This document shows positions 1 through 10,498 of a stretch of DNA of 39,906 nt, in pieces. The DNA comes from a virus (Duplodnaviria; Heunggongvirae; Uroviricota; Caudoviricetes). Position 1 is the stretch's first letter. Each line of letters starts with the position of its first letter. The stretch is from positions 1 through 39,906 of IMG/VR virus record IMGVR_UViG_2737471844_000008; one strand, 5' to 3'. Made by a program: the position numbers and the translations under genes. Under the pieces are notes generated by a model. The model was not told where the DNA came from, ran no database searches, and saw only the letters and a program-made list of their open reading frames with translations.

Positions 1-1173
1 TCAGGCCTTATGGTGGAAATAATCACTCAGGCGGGAAAACATGCCGCCTTCCCCGACAGATTCCAGGGTAACCAGCGGCCAGTGCGCCACCTGTTTATCA
101 CGGTCGTAAAGTTCAATTTCCCCTACCCGCTGATGGGCGCTAATTGGCGCGGTGAGCTCTTTACCATCAAGGGTATATTTGGCTTTGATATGTGGAATTT
201 CGGCTTTCGGTAGCACCATCCAGAACTCTTGTTCCGTTCCCAGGTCGATATTTTCTTTATCGCCATACCAGATGCGTTCCGTTCCGACCTTTTTCCCACG
301 GAGCAAAATTTGCACCGTAGTAAAGTTTTGTTGCCCCCAACGCAGTAATTTTCTTGCCTCTTCCTCACGACCTTTTGCACTGTCAGCCCCCATTACCACT
401 GCAATGAGACGACGCTGCCCATCTACAGCCGAAGCAATGAGATTAAACCCGGCACCAGAAGTATGACCCGTTTTCAGGCCGTCAACATTCATGGTTTTAT
501 CCCACAACAACCCGTTACGGTTTTGCTGGGTGATACCGTTCCAGGTGAGACTTTTCTCACTGTACATATGATAAAACTCGGGCTCGCCGTGGATGATAGC
601 GCGAGAAAGCACAGCTAAATCATAAGCCGAGCTATGCTGGCCAGGTGCATCCAGACCATGCACTGTTTCAAAATGCGTATCCTTGAGATGCAGCTTCTCG
701 GCATAGTTGTTCATCATTTCAACAAACTGCCGTTGCCCACCGGCAATATAGTCAGCCAGAGCAACACAAGCGTCATTTCCGGAATCCACAATTAAACCAC
801 GGCTTAAATCACGTACCGATACGCGATCGCCCTCTTTCAAAAACATCAGTGAAGAACCGACAAACACCGGATTATCTTTCGCCCACGCATCGCGCCCCAC
901 GGTGACAATATCATCTGGCGTAATGCGATGGCTATCGATAGCGCGATCCACGACATAACCCGTCATCAGCTTTGTCAGGCTGGCGGGATTGCGCTGTTGA
1001 TGCTCATTACCCGCGGTGAGGATCTGACCGGTGGTGTAATCCATCAGTACCCAGGACCCGGCATGAATCTGTGGAGGCTGAGGTGAAAAAGGAATGTTTT
1101 CCGCCGCAAAACCAGACGATAAGTTAAAAACGAACAAAGAAGCAGCAATAATAAGACGGCGTTTCAACAGCAA
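1..1173 (-). CDS. dacD: D-alanyl-D-alanine carboxypeptidase DacD (PBP6b), host gene
   Basis: 390-aa ORF matches remembered E. coli DacD along its whole length (N-terminal signal peptide MLLKRRLIIAASLFVF, SLTK active-site serine motif, SGN and KTG motifs). Stop codon sits at window positions 1..3. Confidence 0.95.
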   Translation of the reverse strand: MLLKRRLIIAASLFVFNLSSGFAAENIPFSPQPPQIHAGSWVLMDYTTGQILTAGNEHQQRNPASLTKLMTGYVVDRAIDSHRITPDDIVTVGRDAWAKDNPVFVGSSLMFLKEGDRVSVRDLSRGLIVDSGNDACVALADYIAGGQRQFVEMMNNYAEKLHLKDTHFETVHGLDAPGQHSSAYDLAVLSRAIIHGEPEFYHMYSEKSLTWNGITQQNRNGLLWDKTMNVDGLKTGHTSGAGFNLIASAVDGQRRLIAVVMGADSAKGREEEARKLLRWGQQNFTTVQILLRGKKVGTERIWYGDKENIDLGTEQEFWMVLPKAEIPHIKAKYTLDGKELTAPISAHQRVGEIELYDRDKQVAHWPLVTLESVGEGGMFSRLSDYFHHKA

Positions 1174-1961
1174 ACCCTCAGGAGTTTCAAATAGCTGTTC
1201 TTTTTACGGAAATACTTATGAACTGGCTGGAATAAAGTGCAAGAAAATGTGACTACTCTCTCATTTTTATCTGACATGATCTGTTGCCACTCGCTGTCAA
1301 ATTGTTGCGCTAAAGCTGATTAGCACGGTGATATTTGATACTCTGGCAGACAGCAGAAATAACGGATTTAACCTAATGATGAATGACGGTAAGCAACAAT
1401 CTACCTTTTTGTTTCACGATTACGCGCAATACCCATGAGAACCGCCATGAACAAGGGTTTCATGATTTGTGATTTTAGTTTGGTACGCAATTTGGTACAC
1501 AACACTATTTTCACTTCAGCGGGTAGTCATCAAACTCACCATAACGAGCATCGTTGATGATGTATGTGATCACCACAAATATCACATCTGGACTAGTTCC
1601 GTCTTCATGCGCAGGTATCTGTTCACGCCTCCCTTTCTGCAAATCCTAAAGATGAGATTTTGGGGTTTTGGGATATCTTTTATCCTCAGTTCTCTATCCA
1701 TTATGCAAACCAGTAATGAACCATCACCGTGTGATAGTGAGGCATCTGCCACGATAAGCGCAGAGAAATGATGCAGTGGTGGGCGGACTGGATTGATGAA
1801 AAAGTTGAGTGATCCACCTTAGCTATCGAATGACACAAAGCCTTGTAATCCAGTGCAAAGCTTTGTTTGTCTCAGTTTTGTCTCAGCGGTTACAGCAAGT
1901 ATCGATCGATTGAGACTTGGATGATAGACTTCATCCCTTTGATTATTAGCTGATAGAAGAA

Positions 1962-2324
1962 ATGTTAAAGCTATTTGCAAAGTACACCTCGATTGGTGTG
2001 CTGAACACACTTATACATTGGGTGGTTTTTGGTGTATGTATCTATGCCGCGCACACCAATCAGGCTCTTGCAAACTTCGCAGGTTTCGTTGTGGCTGTGA
2101 GCTTTAGCTTCTTCGCGAATGCAAAATTCACATTCAAAGCTTCGACTACAACGATGCGCTACATGTTATATGTAGGATTCATGGGAACACTGAGTGCTAC
2201 TGTTGGATGGGCTGCCGATAAATGTGCACTTCCTCCAATTGTCACTCTTGTCACCTTCTCCGCCATCAGCCTAGTGTGCGGTTTCGTCTATTCAAAGTTC
2301 ATTGTCTTTAGGGATGCGAAATGA
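1962..2324 (+). CDS. gtrA: GtrA, bactoprenol-linked glucose flippase (O-antigen conversion)
   Basis: 120-aa hydrophobic four-helix protein. ATG start; stop overlaps the gtrB start (ATGA), as in phage gtr operons. Confidence 0.9.
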   Translation: MLKLFAKYTSIGVLNTLIHWVVFGVCIYAAHTNQALANFAGFVVAVSFSFFANAKFTFKASTTTMRYMLYVGFMGTLSATVGWAADKCALPPIVTLVTFSAISLVCGFVYSKFIVFRDAK

Positions 2325-3241
2325 AGATATCTCTGGTCGTTCCTGTCTTCAATGAAGAGGAAGCGATACCAATTTTTTATAAAACGGTACGTGAATTCGA
2401 AGAGTTGAAGCCATATGAAGTGGAAATTGTTTTTATAAATGATGGTAGCAAAGACGCTACGGAGTCAATCATTAACGCTCTGTCCGTTTCAGATCCCCTA
2501 GTTGTTCCGCTGTCATTTACACGAAACTTTGGTAAAGAACCAGCATTGTTTGCAGGGTTAGACCATGCAACCGGAGATGCTGTAATTCCAATTGATGTTG
2601 ACCTGCAAGACCCGATTGAGGTTATTCCTCATCTTATTGAAAAGTGGCAGGCAGGTGCTGATATAGTGCTTGCTAAACGTTCAGACCGTTCTACTGATAG
2701 CCGGCTTAAACGTAAATCTGCTGAATTGTTTTATAAGCTGCATAACAAAATAAGCACCCCTAAGATCGAGGAAAACGTAGGTGACTTCCGTCTGATGTCG
2801 CGAGAGGTCGTGGAGAACATCAAACTCATGCCGGAACGCAATCTTTTCATGAAGGGTGTGCTTAGTTGGGTTGGCGGTCGTACAGATGTCGTTGAATATG
2901 CCCGTGCAGAACGCGTTGCAGGAAGAACAAAATTCAACGGATGGAAACTATGGAACTTGGCGCTTGAGGGGATAACGAGCTTTTCAACCTTCCCTCTGCG
3001 CATGTGGACTTACATTGGTCTGTTCGTTGCAGGTGCAGCGTTACTTTACGGGGCATGGATGATTTTTGACACTCTCGTTTTTGGGAATGCTGTTAGAGGG
3101 TACCCATCACTTCTCGTCTCAATTCTATTTTTAGGCGGCATCCAACTTATCGGCATTGGCGTTCTTGGAGAGTACATTGGAAGGATTTACGTCGAGGTTA
3201 AACAAAGACCTAAATATATATTGAAAGGAATTAAAAAATGA
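2321..3241 (+). CDS. gtrB: GtrB, bactoprenol glucosyltransferase (GT2 family)
   Basis: 306-aa ORF with GT2 signatures ([16 protein letters not shown]) and two C-terminal transmembrane segments; high similarity to remembered phage GtrB proteins. Confidence 0.92.
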   Translation: MKISLVVPVFNEEEAIPIFYKTVREFEELKPYEVEIVFINDGSKDATESIINALSVSDPLVVPLSFTRNFGKEPALFAGLDHATGDAVIPIDVDLQDPIEVIPHLIEKWQAGADIVLAKRSDRSTDSRLKRKSAELFYKLHNKISTPKIEENVGDFRLMSREVVENIKLMPERNLFMKGVLSWVGGRTDVVEYARAERVAGRTKFNGWKLWNLALEGITSFSTFPLRMWTYIGLFVAGAALLYGAWMIFDTLVFGNAVRGYPSLLVSILFLGGIQLIGIGVLGEYIGRIYVEVKQRPKYILKGIKK

Positions 3242-4689
3242 TAAACATTAAAATAAAATTATTAATTTTGTCCATCATTACTTCCGTTATTGTGTATGGT
3301 TATTGCTTATTTAACTTTAGTCTTTCTATAGATGGAGAGTTTTTTGATAATACCATTCACACAATATCACTTGGCAGGTGGGGTCATGCCCTGCTTCATC
3401 AGTTTATATTACCAGAGCCATACACGCCTTTCTTTTCAGTATTATTATCTTTAGTTATTATTGCCATTGCCGCATGGATGGCATCTATTTTTATAACAGA
3501 AAATACTCACGAGAGATTGGTTGTTATATTTGGTTTTTTTGCCACGCCGCAACTTGCTTATCAATTGCAGTTTACTAACCAGGCAGACACCACAGCTATT
3601 GGTATTCTGTTGGTTGTTATATCCGCGATAACATCATTTAAAGCGATGGATGGTGACAAATCATTACTTAATGCAACCATATCTATTGTATGTCTTTGCT
3701 GTGCTATATCAATATACCAGTCATTTCTTGTTGTAGCGTTTAGTGTATATGTTGGATTCTTTATCCTGAGAACAAGAAATAAAGAAAACAATAAATATAA
3801 AACATCAATAATTAAATTCTCGTTATATAGCACAGTAATATTCATACTTTCACTTGCATTGTATTTTATGTTTTTCAAAATAATATTAATTTCGTATGGA
3901 GTTGATGATAAGACTGCGGAATATTCAAGATCACAAATGGCGTGGGGTTACAGACAAAATAGTTATATAATTAATTATCTGTATAACTACACAAAAAACT
4001 TTTTGCTTGGAGATACGTTTTTTGGGTTTAGGACGTATATTGTTGGAGTGATTGCTGTAGTGGTGGTTTTTTTTAACTTAGTATTCAAACGAAACCTAAA
4101 TAATGCAACGTCATGTTTAATGTCACTTGCTTTGGTGTTATCTCCTTTAGTTCTTGTTTTTTATTTCGGCAATAACCAGATGCCACGCACTTACATTTCA
4201 ATGAGCTTTGTAGTGGCATTTTCAGTTCTGATTATATTCAGAGGCTTGAGTTTAAAGAAAGAGTTTATTATTATCCCGGTCTTCATGTGCCTTTACTCTA
4301 CTTATGCAGCATCGGCATTATTTTATTCTGATGATATTGCAAGATCTAGAGATGAGTTTATATCACGAAAGATAGTTTCTGATGCGCAGTCATTAATTAA
4401 GCATGGTGAGTCTAGTATTATAACACTTTACTTTCATGGACATATAAATAATGAAAACAGATGGAAGTTACGAAACAGTGACACATTTGGAGTGTCTTTC
4501 TTTTCTTGGGATAATGGTGACCCTAGAAGAATATGTGCATATATTTCATATTACTCACTAGCAAAAGTTAGGTGTGAAAAGATATCATCTGGATATGACG
4601 CCAACATAGCAATGAAATTGCCGCCATACCCTTACATAGGATATATAAAAAACGAAAACGGAAAACTAATAATCAATCTTGGTGGGTAA
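3238..4689 (+). CDS. GtrC-like serotype-specific O-antigen glucosyltransferase (polytopic membrane protein)
   Basis: 483-aa highly hydrophobic ORF overlapping the gtrB stop. Markedly AT-rich compared with its neighbours. Third-gene position of a gtr cluster. Confidence 0.75.
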   Translation: MINIKIKLLILSIITSVIVYGYCLFNFSLSIDGEFFDNTIHTISLGRWGHALLHQFILPEPYTPFFSVLLSLVIIAIAAWMASIFITENTHERLVVIFGFFATPQLAYQLQFTNQADTTAIGILLVVISAITSFKAMDGDKSLLNATISIVCLCCAISIYQSFLVVAFSVYVGFFILRTRNKENNKYKTSIIKFSLYSTVIFILSLALYFMFFKIILISYGVDDKTAEYSRSQMAWGYRQNSYIINYLYNYTKNFLLGDTFFGFRTYIVGVIAVVVVFFNLVFKRNLNNATSCLMSLALVLSPLVLVFYFGNNQMPRTYISMSFVVAFSVLIIFRGLSLKKEFIIIPVFMCLYSTYAASALFYSDDIARSRDEFISRKIVSDAQSLIKHGESSIITLYFHGHINNENRWKLRNSDTFGVSFFSWDNGDPRRICAYISYYSLAKVRCEKISSGYDANIAMKLPPYPYIGYIKNENGKLIINLGG

Positions 4690-4691
4690 AA

Positions 4692-6725
4692 TTACATAGT
4701 TGTACCATCAGCGTATTTCCAAGCTTGAGCCAGTTGATCAAAAAAAACTGGCTTTTTAGTGTCTATGTTATAGATACTGTGACCGTACCCAAGAAGGTTC
4801 TTATTTATAGCGTTTATCTGTGAGGACGTTGCAGCAGTTGGAATGCCAGACCATGCAACAGTAATTAATATCCAGTTGCTTCCAGTCCAGCGGATGTATG
4901 TTCCTGTATCTGTCTGATAAAAAATATGACCAACAGGAACACCAACTGGCCTGGCAGAAGAAAGCCCAACAACCTGGAAGCCTCTGTCGTCAATCCAAAT
5001 TCCAGCCCCTGCGTTGGTGATGAACCTTCCAAATGCCACGTCATAGTAACTGAAACCAGCAATCGCAGACGTAGTGAAGCCAGATTTCCAGGCGGCAGAG
5101 TTATCAATTGATCTAACTCGAATTTCGCGTCTTGTTGCTTCCGTTGCACTCGATGGTGACGCGTTAGATACAGTGTGAATGGAAACGATATCAACCAGCG
5201 TGCTTACAGGTTCTTCACCACGATAGATGTACTGGAAGCCATCATAGTGGGCACTCTGAGAGTCAATGAATGTCGCCCGCACACGATCTGGTCGACCATA
5301 GTAAACAGATAGCGCATTGGCTGATGCGTATGCTTCATTATAATAGCGCGAACTCTTATCCTGAATTCTCAGAACGTTTTTGTAATCCACGCCAACAGCA
5401 ATGCCAGCGGTAGTGGTGGTGAACCTGAACTCGTTATCCGAAAGAATCAGATCTCCCATTTGCCACGTTGGACTATTAATGTCGTCCTCCGCTCCTTGTG
5501 CACCAATCAAAATTCCCGTTGCGAATGTGCGGCAGCGGTTATCACTGACTTTGAATACATCTGATTTCTGGTCGTGTCTGTGCGTGAATAGAGCAAAACC
5601 ATAACCGCCAACTAGGTCATTGTTGTGCAGGTTAACGCGGTGTGTGCCAATGAATTTAAACGCGCGTTCAAACGTTGTTTCTGGTGTTTCAGTATTGTAA
5701 TTGCGCATCACAACACTGTTGTTTTGTACGAATGCGGCGCGGCTGGTTCCTGTTCCATCGGCAAAACTTGATGCGTAGACCGCATGGCGATCAAGCGGTG
5801 CGCCGGCTACACCAAAAATACAGTTGTCGACAGAGATAATCTCACAATCGATAGGGACAGTACCATAGCCATAAACACCTGCGCTCCAGTCCTGTGAAGC
5901 GAGTTGCTGGAATACGTTGGAGTAACGAACGCCATAGCACAAGTGAATCTGTGCAGTCACAGTGTTAACACCAGCACTGATGTTGCGCATTTCTGATCCT
6001 TCATAATGCGCATAAACGTTGTTCACAGTAATGCCAACTACAGCACGCCCAACACCACGAACTTTTCCGCCGTCAATTTTTACTTTAGTGGTGACGCTTT
6101 CGACGCCTGTTCCGTCAAACGTCAGGATCTGGTAGTAGGTGTTTACGTCTGTAGGCGTGAAGTTAACCCAACCGTCAGCCGTAGATTTGATTGTAATGTC
6201 TCTACCATTTAACGATCTGCGAATTGGTGTGTTTATATTCTGTACGTTATCAATGAGAACATCAGCACTGTTCTCAAGAGCGGTATCAATAGCCTGTTCA
6301 AGGCTTCCAGCCTCTGATGTTTTTACAAGACCGCGAACGCCTCCAATGTATGAAAAACCAATAGAAGATGAAAGCCTTCCCTCCAGCTGATCAGGATCAT
6401 ACTTCAGCACATTAGGAAAATAGAACTGCTTCGCCCCATACGCATCGTACACAGCCATAGAATGACCTTGCACAGTTACGAACTTGGCAATCTGTCCGTT
6501 ATATACCGGGTAACCAGCAGCGTTAATGATGATTGGTTGCGAAACAGGAACGTGAGCGCCATCTTCGTTCTCCACATAAACCTGAATCTGGTTTTCAGGA
6601 TTTACAGGGTCAGTGTCAATTTTACCGATATAAATTTTGCCATTGGCTACAGCTTTAAAAGAACGAGCCATAGTGAAAAGTTGCGAAGGCATGCTTACCA
6701 CAACATTTGCGGTGATATCTGACAT
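4692..6725 (-). CDS. Tailspike protein: P22 gp9-type head-binding domain fused to a divergent receptor-binding domain
   Basis: From [13 protein letters not shown] the first ~110 aa closely match the P22/HK620 tailspike head-binding domain; the rest is divergent. The ORF-track start at 6773 is a 16-aa upstream extension; an ATG at 6723..6725 is preceded by a GGAG Shine-Dalgarno. Confidence 0.9.
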   Translation of the reverse strand: MSDITANVVVSMPSQLFTMARSFKAVANGKIYIGKIDTDPVNPENQIQVYVENEDGAHVPVSQPIIINAAGYPVYNGQIAKFVTVQGHSMAVYDAYGAKQFYFPNVLKYDPDQLEGRLSSSIGFSYIGGVRGLVKTSEAGSLEQAIDTALENSADVLIDNVQNINTPIRRSLNGRDITIKSTADGWVNFTPTDVNTYYQILTFDGTGVESVTTKVKIDGGKVRGVGRAVVGITVNNVYAHYEGSEMRNISAGVNTVTAQIHLCYGVRYSNVFQQLASQDWSAGVYGYGTVPIDCEIISVDNCIFGVAGAPLDRHAVYASSFADGTGTSRAAFVQNNSVVMRNYNTETPETTFERAFKFIGTHRVNLHNNDLVGGYGFALFTHRHDQKSDVFKVSDNRCRTFATGILIGAQGAEDDINSPTWQMGDLILSDNEFRFTTTTAGIAVGVDYKNVLRIQDKSSRYYNEAYASANALSVYYGRPDRVRATFIDSQSAHYDGFQYIYRGEEPVSTLVDIVSIHTVSNASPSSATEATRREIRVRSIDNSAAWKSGFTTSAIAGFSYYDVAFGRFITNAGAGIWIDDRGFQVVGLSSARPVGVPVGHIFYQTDTGTYIRWTGSNWILITVAWSGIPTAATSSQINAINKNLLGYGHSIYNIDTKKPVFFDQLAQAWKYADGTTM

Positions 6726-6846
6726 TTCATTGCTCCAGACGAATGATATGATGCAACCATGATGTGATTGCATACCGAAATGGTACTATTGAGTATTTAT
6801 CCAGTAGGTTACGATGCCATTCCACCCAACTGGTGAGGCATCAAGG

Positions 6847-7107
6847 ATGTACAGCAAATACGACGAGGCGCAGTTTCACTTGAGACTTCCGCATGAACTC
6901 CACGCGAAAATTAAACAGCGCGCGAAGATGAATAACAGGTCGCTGAACTCAGAGATAATTGCAGCGATTGAAGAATCATTGGCTAAACAAAGCTCTGCAT
7001 CAGTTTACATTGACGATGCAGAGCGTATGGCAGAACAACAATCTGATATTGTTAAGAAAATTGTCTTTGATACGCTCAAGGAGCTATATAAAAAAGACAG
7101 CAGCTAA
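6847..7107 (+). CDS. mnt: Mnt-like ribbon-helix-helix repressor (immI-type), orphan
   Basis: C-terminal segment NDAERMAEQQSDIVKKIVFDTLKELYKK closely matches P22 Mnt; N-terminal RHH motif (FHLRLPHELHAKIKQRA...NGRSLNSEI). Start taken at the internal ATG (MYSKYDE). Confidence 0.8.
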   Translation: MYSKYDEAQFHLRLPHELHAKIKQRAKMNNRSLNSEIIAAIEESLAKQSSASVYIDDAERMAEQQSDIVKKIVFDTLKELYKKDSS

Positions 7108-7127
7108 CCATCAGTTACGGAGGATTT

Positions 7128-7205
7128 ATGCAAAGAGATATGCTGAATATTGCGTTCTACATATTTGGTTTTTGCACGTTCCTGGTGTTTGCGAAGCTAT
7201 TCTGA
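7128..7205 (+). CDS. Hypothetical 25-aa hydrophobic peptide downstream of mnt
   Basis: ATG at 7128 with a GGAGG Shine-Dalgarno 4 nt upstream; encodes MQRDMLNIAFYIFGFCTFLVFAKLF; its 3' end overlaps the convergent gp16-like gene. No homology evidence. Confidence 0.3.
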   Translation: MQRDMLNIAFYIFGFCTFLVFAKLF

Positions 7206-9194
7206 CAACGCATCAGACTTGGCACCCTGAGTCAGGGCGTTAATGGCCTTTTGCGCCTGCTGCATGGCTTTCTCAAACGCTGTTGATCCGCGTTTGGTGT
7301 TTGCCATTCGGAGCATTGCATTTCTGAATGGCTCGCTCTCATAGGCGCGAGTAAGAAGTCCGTAGCTTACTGCTGCGCCAGTTGTTGCAGGGTTCATTGC
7401 CGCCCCATATCCGATAATGAACGGGATGGTTTGCTGCCCTGTGGGGGTTGTTACTGCCGCTTTTGCAGCCTGCTGCGTGGATTGAAGGTAGTTTTTCAAT
7501 CCTTTCAGATAAGCAGCATCCTGCCCCTTAAATGTTATTCCAGTCTGGTTTTGCAGGATGTTAAGCTGCCGAAGGAACTGGTCAGGGGATCCGCCAGATT
7601 TCTCCATCGCCTTTCCAATGATGCCATTGCGCATTTGCGCCCTGCCAACACGACCAACTGAGTTATACAGCGTCTTAATTTCCGATTTGTTCTTGCTGAA
7701 TAGCATGTTGTTGACAACTTCCGGCGTCAGGTCTCCTTTCATGAGAACATTCTTCAGCCTGGTATTCTTTAGTTTCGCCGCTTCGTCAGCGTAGACGGCA
7801 TTGGCCTGCTGATATTTACGGAGAGTATCGTTGCCAAGATTCTGACCAATGGCACCATTGATATCGTCGGTCATCGCCTTGTAAACACGTTGAATGGCGG
7901 CATCAGAACGGTTTGGTAACACTGTCCGCTCCCCCTTCACGTCCATTCTGAACTGGCTGCGCAGATCGCTTAATTGCTTCAAATCCAGATTAACCGGACC
8001 ATCAGGGCCAGCATTGCGAACAAGCTCATCACGATATGACTGAAGTTTTGAAATTGTCTCGTTATCAGCTACCTTACCAAGCTTCTGCAGATTAGATATT
8101 TCTGTATCAATCTGCTGAATTGCTCGCGCAGGCTGAATGTTTACTCCAGCCATAGCATTCTGAACCTGCTCCAGTCGATTACCGGCGGCACGACGAATTC
8201 CTGATGTTTTCGCTTTAAGGCTGTCAATAACAACCGCTGGATCATACTCCCCGAATTTATCGGCAAATCTCTGCACCAACTGACTTCTCGCTTCCTGTTG
8301 CGTTGCTCTCATTCCGCTTGTGCCAGCCAGAGGGATATTTTCTGCTGTAGTCTGAGCCATTTTTCCGACGCGGGAAGTAGGTTGTAACAGGTCTGTGGTG
8401 TGCAGAGGCACTCCTTCACGCTCTGCAAATCTGATAGCCTGCTGCGCTTCTGGCGCAATAGCACCACGAACGCCACGATAAGCAGCGCCTAATCCACGTC
8501 CGGCAGCGTTAATAGCGCCTCCAGCCAGAACGCCAACGCCTAAATCGGTAGCGAGTTCTTCCGCATCATCTTTCGCACTATTTGCAGCAAGTGACCCTAC
8601 TGCGTTTTCTGCGAGAAGGCGAGTTGCCCCCTGAGCAATTCGACCAGCAAGTGTTGGTGCCTGTGCCGCCGCTCTCTCAATGCCAGCAGGAGTGAGGTAA
8701 GGCAATGCTTCAGCAAATACCCTTCCCTCTGTAGTTTGTGGAGTCAGCGCACCTTGCTGAAGTCCAAAGTCATGCTCTAATCCCTGCGTTGTTACTCGTG
8801 GTGCTGGTTGATATGTACCATCGCCAATGCCGAGTTTACCGCCAGCCCAAGCCGCCGCGCTTGTTACAGCATCGGCAACTGATGCAGGTATGTTTGCCAC
8901 GTTCACGCCAGCCTGCACCAGTCCACGACCAGTCTCTTTTACTGCTTCACCAAGATCAGACATAAATCCACTTTGCTGTGGTTGTTGCTGTGCTACTGGT
9001 TGTTGTGTCTCCACTGGCTGCACAGATGGCAATGGATAGGCAGCATAGAAAGCTTGCTTAGCCTGCTCTGCATTTTCTCCGGCTTGCGGGACCACAACTT
9101 CATTGAAGTATTGCTCCTGAGCCTGCGCTTTTTGTTCTGGTGCTAACGCCTGATACTGTGGAGAGGCGATAACATCTTTCCATGCTTTAGCCAT
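7197..9194 (-). CDS. Ejection (DNA-transfer) protein, P22 gp16 / Sf6 gp13-like
   Basis: 665-aa ORF in the gp16 position of the P22 gene order; Gln/Ala-rich N-terminus typical of ejection proteins. TAATG overlap with the upstream gp20-like gene. Confidence 0.8.
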   Translation of the reverse strand: MAKAWKDVIASPQYQALAPEQKAQAQEQYFNEVVVPQAGENAEQAKQAFYAAYPLPSVQPVETQQPVAQQQPQQSGFMSDLGEAVKETGRGLVQAGVNVANIPASVADAVTSAAAWAGGKLGIGDGTYQPAPRVTTQGLEHDFGLQQGALTPQTTEGRVFAEALPYLTPAGIERAAAQAPTLAGRIAQGATRLLAENAVGSLAANSAKDDAEELATDLGVGVLAGGAINAAGRGLGAAYRGVRGAIAPEAQQAIRFAEREGVPLHTTDLLQPTSRVGKMAQTTAENIPLAGTSGMRATQQEARSQLVQRFADKFGEYDPAVVIDSLKAKTSGIRRAAGNRLEQVQNAMAGVNIQPARAIQQIDTEISNLQKLGKVADNETISKLQSYRDELVRNAGPDGPVNLDLKQLSDLRSQFRMDVKGERTVLPNRSDAAIQRVYKAMTDDINGAIGQNLGNDTLRKYQQANAVYADEAAKLKNTRLKNVLMKGDLTPEVVNNMLFSKNKSEIKTLYNSVGRVGRAQMRNGIIGKAMEKSGGSPDQFLRQLNILQNQTGITFKGQDAAYLKGLKNYLQSTQQAAKAAVTTPTGQQTIPFIIGYGAAMNPATTGAAVSYGLLTRAYESEPFRNAMLRMANTKRGSTAFEKAMQQAQKAINALTQGAKSDALSE

Positions 9195-10489
9195 TAATCA
9201 CCCCATAGTGAAGAAAAGTTACTGCCAGTAGTAGATTGTTGCCCTGACATATTCTGCACCGGCTCCTGATAATCAAACTGTTTTTTAACAGTGCTCAACT
9301 TGCTTTCAAGCTGATTTCTAATCTTTCCGATAGAGTCACGAAAAGCCTTTTCACTCATTTTGGGGCTTAGGGCACCAACCGCATCGGATAATTTTTTACC
9401 CTCAGCATCTGAAAGAGCACCCATACCCTTCAGGGACTGCACCATAGGAAGGAATGTTTGAGCTTTAAAGGTGTCGAGCCTTGCTTCAAAGTTAGCCGCA
9501 TCAGAGCCAGGAACTGTCGGAAACGCTGAGCGAATTCCTACTGCTTTTGAAAGGCCGGGGCTTTGCTCTATCTCGTTGAGAGAATCAAGCGCGGTGCTGA
9601 ACGTATCAACTGCACCCTGAGCGGCGGCCTGCCTGTCAGCGCGGGCTATGTCAGCCTTTTGCCGAACATCTGCCTGTTTCTGTTTTAGCTCTTCAAGCTT
9701 TAACTGATTGCTTTCTCTGGCTATCTGTCTGTCAAGAGCCTTTTCTTGTAATTCTGCTCTTTGTATTTCGCGGGAAAGAGCAGCATTCTGTGCGCTGATG
9801 TTCTGTCCACGTATCTGGATGTCCTGACCACGCGCTGTTAGTGCTTCTCCAGCCTGATTGCTGCGGATTGTCTCTGCAAGTTTTCCGCGATCAATCTCAC
9901 GACCAGCCATCTTGTCCTGAACATTGAAGTAATCAATTGGACCAAGAGCAGCCATTCCAAGGTGATCAACAAACTCACCAAATCCTGAAGGATTCTGCTG
10001 ATACATCTGAGCAACGTTATTAGGGTCAACACCGACGCGAGTCAGTTCCTTGGCGTTGTTTTGCAGCCATGATTGCATTGCTTCTGGAGACGATGACGCA
10101 AGGCGTGCGCCAGCCGCTAAGGTGCCGATAGAATTACGCTGGTCTTCATCAATGAATCCCATGCCTTTACGAACGGATTCAATCTGGTCTGGATATTGAG
10201 TAGCCAACTGACGCAAAGCACCGCGATCACCAGACGCATAAGCATTAGCGTATGCCTGCTGAAATTCTTTCTGCCGCTGAGCCTGCTTTTCCTGCTGAAA
10301 CACCCCCGCAATACCTGAAAGGCCTTGCAAAGCAGTCAGCCCAACATTGTTAGCGCCTGAACGCTCAATATCATTGTTCCGCCTGATAAGCTGAAGCGTA
10401 TTGCCGATGTCATTTACGCTCGGAGCGTTTGAGTTGACGCCGCCGATACCAGCCAACAATCCGCCGTTTGTTCCTTGCCAAGTAGCCAT
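9194..10489 (-). CDS. Ejection protein, P22 gp20-like
   Basis: 431-aa ORF in the gp20 position; coiled-coil central region; ATG start. Confidence 0.8.
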   Translation of the reverse strand: MATWQGTNGGLLAGIGGVNSNAPSVNDIGNTLQLIRRNNDIERSGANNVGLTALQGLSGIAGVFQQEKQAQRQKEFQQAYANAYASGDRGALRQLATQYPDQIESVRKGMGFIDEDQRNSIGTLAAGARLASSSPEAMQSWLQNNAKELTRVGVDPNNVAQMYQQNPSGFGEFVDHLGMAALGPIDYFNVQDKMAGREIDRGKLAETIRSNQAGEALTARGQDIQIRGQNISAQNAALSREIQRAELQEKALDRQIARESNQLKLEELKQKQADVRQKADIARADRQAAAQGAVDTFSTALDSLNEIEQSPGLSKAVGIRSAFPTVPGSDAANFEARLDTFKAQTFLPMVQSLKGMGALSDAEGKKLSDAVGALSPKMSEKAFRDSIGKIRNQLESKLSTVKKQFDYQEPVQNMSGQQSTTGSNFSSLWGD

Positions 10490-10498
10490 GATTACCCC

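Noticed and set aside
1469-1771. 100-aa plus-strand ORF in the dacD-gtrA junction region
   Set aside because: No convincing ribosome-binding site, odd composition, and it sits in a region expected to hold promoters and the att junction; more likely non-coding.
1278-1907. Canonical Dam/OxyR gtr phase-variation switch (paired GATC sites within OxyR half-sites)
   Set aside because: Four GATC sites exist but are spread over about 630 bp rather than in the tight paired arrangement described for Salmonella gtr operons; kept only as a low-confidence hypothesis in the junction finding.
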